Shown here piece after piece: positions 43,826 to 64,000 of a stretch of DNA of 64,000 nucleotides. The DNA lies in contig NIVC01002577.1 in the NCBI GenBank assembly GCA_002269645.1, positions 502-64,501 on the forward strand, written 5' to 3'. Within the stretch, counting starts at the first letter, position 1, and every line of letters starts with the position of its first letter. The notes below the pieces were generated by a model. The model was given only the letters and a program-made list of their open reading frames with translations, was not told the origin of the DNA and did no database searches. This DNA comes from Macrostomum lignano. Taxonomy: Eukaryota. Made by a program: the position numbers and the translations under genes.

Positions 43826-44188
43826 CCAAAGAGTATTGAGGTCGCCTAGTATAGAGTGCCAATAAGGATGAAAATCTGAAGCCGATTTTTAGAATCCACC
43901 CACCCCCTCCGGTCACCAAGCTTTTTAGTCTATGGCACAAGTTGTGTATCGACGACGGCAACTGAGTCTGGTGACTGAGCGAGTTGTCTTGCTTATTTGA
44001 TACATGCATTTTCTAAGTGTGAAGTGTCATCGGCTTTCTGAGCATCGGCTTTGTACACCATTCTAGCCACAAATTGTGCCATAGACTAAAAAGCTTGGTG
44101 ACCGGAGGGGGTGGGTGGGTTCTAAAAATCGGCTTCAGATTTTCATCCTTATTGGCACTCTATACTAGGCGACCTCAATACTCTTTGG
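43826..44188. repeat. Foldback / MITE-like element, about 120-bp arms
   Basis: 43826-43946 is the reverse complement of 44068-44188 (2 mismatches seen). Spacer is about 120 bp. The inner ends carry GTCTATGG and CCATAGAC. Confidence 0.9.
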
Positions 44189-44999
44189 ATTTAACTGTAT
44201 GAGAATCCTAAGCTGTTTTGAGAAATTTCTACATACAAGTTTGTCTATGGTACCATTGTGGGGGCATTGCCCTCACACCCCCAGCGGGGGCTCTGCTCCC
44301 TCACCCACTCCCCCTCAACCACGGTCGGCCAGATGGAATACGCCAAAAATAAGCAATCTGATTTCATATAAAATAATAGCCATTAAGTTAAGCTGTCTAT
44401 ATGGTTAGTGTCCTTGGCCACTCCTTGGCCACACTAAGAGGGTTCTTGTTATATTAAGTTTCCCACGTAGTGAAATTTCGTTGTTGCTAATGAAGTTTTT
44501 GACCTGGTGGAAGTGGCTGTTATCCTTGTGAAGGAATGTGCTGCCGAATTGTGAAAATTCGAGTTTGTGAACCCCGCCACTCCCCCCGACTTTAGCAACC
44601 GCTACTATCATCCGGACGGTGGTTACACCAGGTTTATCCAGCACCTAAAAACTAGATAAACCGTCATATTGACTATAGCGATATTGCCCAAGGATACATG
44701 CCTATGCGATTGATTTTAGAAAAGACACTGCTTGGTTGATCATCGCTAAACTTTACTTTTTAGATCAGAAACTTATATAATAATATATTAGTAGTTAAAG
44801 CATCGGTAGACTATATACTCGTATATTTACGCATTAGAGCCAATGAAAACGGCAGGGTAGAGCCGTCAGGGATCAACAAAAAAGCTCAAGCTGCTGATAA
44901 AGCTCAAATAGAGAAATTTTTTATTAATTAGAAACTATAATTAATAATAAAATAGATAACACAAACTCATTTATAACTAAGGCAGCGTTCGAAGGGCGG

Positions 45000-45510
45000 G
45001 TGCTTACTGAAGGATGAGAGGGTAGGGGGCGGACGTTTACTGAAAGATGGGAGGGTAGGGGGCGGATGCCTACTGAAGGATAGGAGGGTAGGGGGCGGAT
45101 GTCTACTGAGGATGGGAGGGAAGGGGGCGGATGCCTACTGAGGATGGGAGGGAAGGGGGCGGATGCCTACTGAAGGATAGGAGGGTAGGGGGCGGATGCC
45201 TACTGAAGGATAGGAGGGTAGGGGGCGGATGTCCAAGAAGGATGTGAGGGTAGGGGGCGGATGTCTACTGAAGGATAGGAGGATAGGGGGCGGATGTCTA
45301 CGGAAGGATGGGAGGGAAGGGGGCGGATGTCCAAGAAGGATGCGAGGGTAGGGGGCGGATGTCCAAGAAGGATGGGAGGGAAGGGGGCGGATGTCCAAGA
45401 AGGATGCGAGGGTAGGGGGCGGATGTCCAAGAAGGATGGGAGGGTAGGGGCGGATGTCCAAGAAGGATGGGAGGGTAGGGGGCGGATGTCCAAGAAGGAT
45501 GGGAGGGTAG
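45000..45510 (+). repeat. About 32-bp minisatellite (GGGGGCGGATGTCCAAGAAGGATGGGAGGGTA)n
   Basis: Direct units. Confidence 0.92.
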
Positions 45511-46078
45511 GTGCGGATCTCAACCGAAGGATCATTGCCCCACTGATAAAAAGGTAACCAATATATTTAACACAAAATAACAAAGCAGTGCAATTGAACA
45601 AACGAACAAAGGTTGCAGTCAGTTTACATGTAAACTGTTTGGAAATTGTGACGCAATAAAGAAAACAAAAAACACGTGACCAAAAGCCGACTGTTTGTGT
45701 GAACACAGTTCAAATATATCAACAGTTGATATATCGTATCAAGCATAAATTTGGTCTGCTTACTATAATTTAAACTTTGAAAAGCTACAAGTTGACTAAA
45801 AGCATAGCTGCTTTAAAAAAGCGACACAAAAGTATGTTATGCACTTTTGCAAAAGTCTGGAAAGCTTAGAATCCAAAGAAAATGAAATACAGATTAAAGT
45901 GCTTCAACTAAACAAAGTTTTTTGTTCTCTCGCCGTCTATAAAAACTTGATTTCCGCAAGAAAAAATAGTCGATTTATTGTACTGCAAAAATGTTGTTAA
46001 TCCAGCTGAGAACTACAAAAGATCGATTGGTCAAGATTGAGTATGGAATGGGTTTGGAGTGAGTGAGGTGGGCAGATA

Positions 46079-46440
46079 GGGGCCGTAGCCTATTTGGTCT
46101 AGCGCGGTGCTCCGATGTACCAGCGGCCCAGGCTCGATTCCAAGTGCAGTCACAATTAATTTGGGGCTAAATTGTAATCTCGGCTTGGCTCTGCTCGTGC
46201 AATTAACGGCCTTGAGGGCCAAACCCACAAAGCACAGTGAAATGAAAATTGTAGTTCTAACCTAGCGATAAATAAAGTTAGGGTCGCTGTACACTCCTGT
46301 GTGAGTGTGTGCCTGTGCGCATAACTGCGTACGTATCCGCGCGCTTGTGCGCCTGCTCAGGGGAGTCAGCGGAATGGGCAGTAATGGTTCTCGCCGGTTG
46401 TGCGACAATGTCGCTCAAAGTGCGCCAGGGTGGGCAGAGG
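46079..46440 (+). mobile_element. tRNA-derived SINE family A, most complete copy
   Basis: A-box-like TAGCCTATTTGGTCTAGCGC and B-box-like GGCTCGATTCC, followed by a non-tRNA body shared with two other copies in the window. Confidence 0.8.
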
Positions 46441-46576
46441 AGTAAGTTGGGCGCGGCGGGTTCAAGGAATCTTCAATTAGGTACTTTTGGCTACCTATTT
46501 TCATTGAGAGACTAACACAAAAGCGACGCCCACTCTACTCAGTTTGACTCTACGTAGCCTACCCCCCCCCCCCCCC

Positions 46577-59827
<13,251 letters not shown>

Positions 59828-59977
59828 GCCAGGTAAGCTTGGAACATGAAGCAGAAGCAGAGCTATTCAGATATGACTAGATGCTTAGGCAATTCTGATA
59901 TGCAATGATCATGATTTTATGTCGGACTTAATCACTAATCTCTGGGCTAAAGCAATTGCCAAGGCTCGGGGGGCGGG

Positions 59978-61262
59978 GGATGCTGATATGCCAAGTCTCA
60001 AGGAGAGAATACCGAGATGCCCAAGTCTCAAGGGGAATGCTGAGATGCCCAAGTCTCAAGGGGAATGCTGAGATGCCCAAGTCTCAAGGGGAATGCTGAG
60101 ATGCCCAAGTCTCAAGGGGAATGCTGAGATGCCCAAGTCTCAAGGGGGAATGCTGAGATGCCCAAGTCTCAAGGGGAATGCTGAGATGCCCAAGTCTCAA
60201 GGGGAATGCTGAGATGCCCAAGTCTCAAGGAGAGAATGCTGAGATGCCCAAGTCTCAAGGGGAATGCTGAGATGCCCAAGTCTCAAGGGGGAATGCTGAG
60301 ATGCCCAAGTCTCAAGGAGAGAATGCTGAGATGCCTAAGTCTCAAGGAGAGAATGCTGAGATGCCCAAGTCTCAAGGGGGAATGCTAAGATGCCCAAGTC
60401 TCAAGGGGGAATGCTGAGATGCCCAAGTCTCAAGGAGAGAATACCGAGATGCCCAAGTCTCAAGGGGGAATGCTGAGATGCCCAAGTCTCAAGGGGAATG
60501 CTGAGATGCCCAAGTCTCAAGGAGAGAATGCTGAGATGCCCAAGTCTCAAGAAGGAATGCTGAGATGCCCAAGTCTCAAGGAGAGAATGCTGAGATGCCC
60601 AAGTCTCAAGGAGAGATTGCTGAGATGCCAATGTCTGAAGGGGGAATTGCTGATAAGCCAAGGCTCAAGGGGATTTGCTGAGATGCCCAAGTCTCAAGGA
60701 GAGAATGCTGAGATGCCAAGTCTCAAGGAGAGATTGCTGAGATGCCAAGGCTCAAGGAGAGAATGCTAAGATGACAAGTCTCAAGGGGAACTGCTGAGAT
60801 GCCCAAGTCTCAAGGGGAATGCTGAGATGCCCAAGTCTCAAGGGGGAATTCTGAGATTCCCAAGTCTCAAGGAGAGAATGCTAAGATGACAAGTCTCAAG
60901 GAGAGAATGCTAAGATGACAAGTCTCAAGGAGAGAATGCTGAGATGCCCAAGTCTCAAGGAGAGAATGCTGAGATGCCAAGGCTCGAGGAGAGATTGCTG
61001 AGATGCCAAAGTCTGAAGAGGGAATTGCTGATAAGCCAAGCGCTCAAGGGGGAATTGCTGATAAGCTAAGGCTCAAGGGGGAATTGCTGATAAGCCAAGG
61101 CTCAAGGGGGAATTGCTGATAAGCCAAGGCTCAAGGGGAATTGCTGATAAGCCAAGGCTCAAGGGGAATTGCTGATAAGCCAAGGCTCAAGGGGGAATTG
61201 CTGATAAGCCAAGGCTCAAGGGGAATTGCTGATAAGCCAAGGCTCAAGGGGGAATTGCTGAG
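59978..61262 (+). repeat. About 28-30-bp minisatellite (GCTGAGATGCCCAAGTCTCAAGGGGAAT)n grading into a GCTGATAAGCCAAGGCTCAAGGGGAATT variant
   Basis: Direct units, no unique spacers. Confidence 0.95.
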
Positions 61263-61665
61263 ATGCATTCGGTGATAGCCTTATTTTATTTGGTGCCTCC
61301 ACAACAGGTGTTTAAATTCCTAGGATTATATATAAAAATAAAGGTTTACGCCAATGTTTGAATTTATACCAGACAAATGCAAATAATTTTATATTTTACA
61401 AATTATACAGAACTAAAAGCTCAATCACACAAAAACTAAAATTTAAATTAAATATAGAAATGCTGGAATACAGACAGTGTGTTAAAGTTGATCAGAAAAT
61501 TACCAGTTTTGATAACAGATGGCACTCGATATTGCAGAGTAATCTCTTTATGTATTCGAATTTAAACAGGCGACTGAATAGTAAAGAAACAAATGATGGC
61601 ATTTCGTCGCTGCTGTCTTCGAGCGTAAAAGCTGACAGAACAGTCTATCGCTGACTTCACAACAT

Positions 61666-62160
61666 GAAGTGCCAGTCCCACTGCCCTAAGGTGCCATGCC
61701 AGTCCCACTGCCCTAAGGGTGCCATGCCAGTCCCACTGCCCTAAGGGTGCCATGCCAGTCCCACTGCCCTAAGGGTGCCATGCCAGTCCCACTGCCCTAA
61801 GGGTGCCATGCCAGTCCCACTGCCCTAAGGTTGCCATGCCAGTCCCACTGCCCTAAGGGTGCCATGCCAGTCCCACTGCCCTAAGGGTGCCATGCCAGTC
61901 CCACTGCCCTAAGGGTGCCATGCCAGTCCCACTGCCCTAAGGGTGCCATGCCAGTCCCACTGCCCTAAGGGTGCCATGCCAGTCCCACTGCCCTAAGGGT
62001 GCCATGCCAGTCCCACTGCCCTAAGGGTGCCATGCCAGTCCCACTGCCCTAAGGGTGCCATGCCAGTCCCACTGCCCTAAGGGTGCCATGCCAGTCCCAC
62101 TGCCCTAAGGGTGCCATGCCAGTCCCACTGCCCTAAGGGTGCCATGCCAGTCCCACTGTC
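61666..62160 (+). repeat. 28-bp minisatellite (GTGCCATGCCAGTCCCACTGCCCTAAGG)n
   Basis: About 17 near-perfect units. Confidence 0.97.
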
Positions 62161-62164
62161 TGAT

Positions 62165-62690
62165 CCTACATATAGGAGCTACTCAAGAGTGCCAGTCACA
62201 CTGCCTGATCCTAGTAGAGCTCAAGAGTGCCAGTCACACTGCCTGATCTTATTAGAGCTACTCAAGAGTGCCAGTCACACTGCCTGATCTTATTAGAGCT
62301 ACTCAAGAGTGCCAGTCACACTGCCTGATCTTATTAGAGCTACTCAAGAGTGCCAGTCACACTGCCTGATCACAGTAGAGCTACTCAAGAGTGCCAGTCA
62401 CACTGCCTGATCACAGTAGAGCTACTCAAGAGTGCCAGTCACACTGCCTGATCACAGTAGAGCTACTCAAGAGTGCCAGTCACACTGCCTGATCATAGTA
62501 GAGCTACTCAAGAGTGCCAGTCACACTGCCTGATCACAGTAGAGCTACTCAAGAGTGCCAGTCACATTGCCTGATCACAGTAGAGCTACTCAAGAGTGCC
62601 AGTCACATTGCCTGATCACAGTAGAGCTACTCAAGAGTGCCAGTCACACTGCCTGATCACACTAGAGCTACTCAAGAGTGCCAGTCACGC
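62165..62690 (+). repeat. 41-bp minisatellite (GAGTGCCAGTCACACTGCCTGATCACAGTAGAGCTACTCAA)n
   Basis: About 12 units, sharing the TGCCAGTC.CACTGCC core with the adjacent 28-mer. Confidence 0.95.
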
Positions 62691-62701
62691 TCACAAGTCA
62701 G

Positions 62702-64000
62702 TCAGGCAGACGGCAGTTGGAGGCCGCGGGCAACAAAGTAGAACTCGGCTGAGTCGCCCCTGCTAGCCGGCGGTTTGACTCGCCGCACGCCACCAGTAAA
62801 GAATCGACGCAGCGGCGCCTCTAGCGCGCGGTCTCCGCGCCGTCCCAAAGTTTGCAGACAAAGCCGGAGCCCGGCCGGCCCAGACGAAGGCACAGCTGAA
62901 GCGCCAATTCGCAGAGTTCAACGCAGACGGCGGAGTCGAGACTACGCTCGCCGGAAGCGCTCGGCGCCATGTCGGAGAGCACCCAATCGACTGGTCGGTC
63001 CGTCAGAGCTTCTCGCAGCGATGCCAGACACTGGGCAGATCGGATGTCCACCTCGGAGAGGCAGACGGCATTCGGCACTGGGGCGATGTGTTGAAGGTCG
63101 AATGCTACGATCAGGGCCTGGCTGCGAGCCGGCTCCGGAACCTGGTAGAATGTGTTGGGGAGACTGAGAAAGTGACAGACAATGACCTTGAATTGAGCTC
63201 CCAAAAATAAAATATTTCCAGTTTATATTTTTAGGCCGATGTGCAACCGACAGCGGCGCATCTGAAGGCTGAGTACGGCTGTTCAGTCCAAGGATTGGGG
63301 GTCGCCACACTCCACATACACCCACAATTATCCCAGTTGATGCTGGCCCCCATTTTACAGCTGGATGAACTGAAGCAATGCAGACTTAAGTGTCTTGCTC
63401 AAAAATACAAATCGTTCCGAGTGGGATCGGGAATCGAACAAGCGACATTTCAGTCGTAAGTCCGATGCTCTAACCACTAGGCTACAAGCCCTAGGCTACA
63501 ACCCCTCACTAAGCTACAACCCCTCACTAGGCTACAACCCCTCACTAAGCTACAACCCCACACTAAGCTACAACCCCTCACTAGGCTACAACCCTTCACT
63601 AGGCTACAACCCCTCACTAAGCTACAACCCCTCACTAAGCTACAACCCCTCACTAAGCTACAACCCCTCACTAGGCTACAACCCTTCACTAGGCTACAAC
63701 CCCTCACTAAGCTACAACCCCTCACTAAGCTACAACCCCTCACTAAGCTACAACCCCTCACTAGGCTACAACCCCGATGAATAAAATACGAACAGAAGCA
63801 AGCCTGCCGGGAGATAAGGTTAGCTATAGTAATAAAAAACATGAGGCAAACCTGGGTCCTTTGAGCTGCCTAGCGAGCACTTGAGTCCAGGAGCGGGAGC
63901 GGCGCCGCACTCAACAATGCACTGGCCGGGCTGGAAGAGGTTCAGCTTCTCGTGCATCTCCATCAATTTGTAGGCGCTGCGGCATCTGTAGGACTCGTAG
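62702..64000 (-). CDS. MRM2: Mitochondrial rRNA 2'-O-methyltransferase MRM2/FTSJ2-like (5' end outside the window; two apparent 1-nt frameshifts)
   Basis: Exon 64000-63852: [20 protein letters not shown](G)SWTQV. Exon 63163-62702: [48 protein letters not shown]. The K-D-K-E tetrad is present. Single bases appear missing at about 63894 and about 62825. Confidence 0.85.
63232..63490 (-). mobile_element. tRNA-derived SINE family B with CORE-like central domain
   Basis: Head GGCTTGTAGCCTAGTGGTTAGAGCATCGGAC..GTTCGATTCCCG (A and B boxes), then TTGAGCAAGACACTTAA..CAGTTCATCCAGCTGTAAAATGGG. Confidence 0.75.
63491..63775 (-). repeat. 18-bp minisatellite (TGAGGGGTTGTAGCCTAG)n abutting the SINE 5' end
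   Basis: The unit contains the first SINE nucleotides TTGTAGCCTAGTG. Confidence 0.93.

Noticed and set aside
44405-44644. Short ORF with a DN..H motif resembling a DDE transposase (also FRTAVKEIFP at about 55000, MULE-like)
   Set aside because: The similarity is too short to support without a database search.
46079-46155. Possible tRNA genes here and at 63420-63490
   Set aside because: A and B boxes are present but I cannot fold a full cloverleaf. Both continue into SINE bodies, and family A is multicopy in this window.
59978-62690. 28-41-bp repeats with short internal palindromes resembling CRISPR repeats
   Set aside because: Head-to-tail units with no unique spacers and no cas genes, in a eukaryotic context.

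Overview
This is eukaryotic (animal) genomic DNA. GC-rich GT-AG exons are embedded in a very dense set of mini- and microsatellites and transposon relics. The style suggests a free-living flatworm such as Macrostomum, but that is inference only. Most long ORFs in the supplied track are shadows of tandem repeats. I rebuilt these genes by hand with phase-consistent splice sites: a protein with about five cyclic-nucleotide-binding-like domains (minus, one 1-nt frameshift); a divergent Wnt (minus, 4 exons); a furin/PCSK-type proprotein convertase (plus, 10 exons including a 24-nt micro-exon); a secreted C-type lectin + PAN/apple-like protein (minus); two tandem globins (minus); Chk2 (minus, 9 exons, with a 10.4-kb intron full of transposon relics); and the 3' part of MRM2/FtsJ (minus, two 1-nt frameshifts). 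Mobile-element content: two tRNA-derived SINE families, hAT/Charlie-like MITEs with microsatellite cores, a 3.1-kb CACTA/EnSpm-like element carrying a gypsy 3' end, Tc1/mariner and hAT relics, a Penelope-like 3' end with a minimal hammerhead ribozyme, and three tyrosine-recombinase (Crypton-like) relics. The most notable observations are (1) a dense cluster of CCATAGAC/GTCTATGG inverted sites and foldbacks around a Crypton-like fragment, (2) minisatellites seeded from a splice donor and from a SINE A-box, (3) a C-rich sense-strand bias in intronic arrays, (4) apparent gene conversion limited to globin exon 2, (5) a Wnt lacking the C-terminal WCC motif, and (6) a Chk2 with a TQ in its activation loop. 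There are no CRISPR arrays, rRNA genes or genuine tRNA genes. All coordinates were read by eye, and repeat boundaries are approximate.
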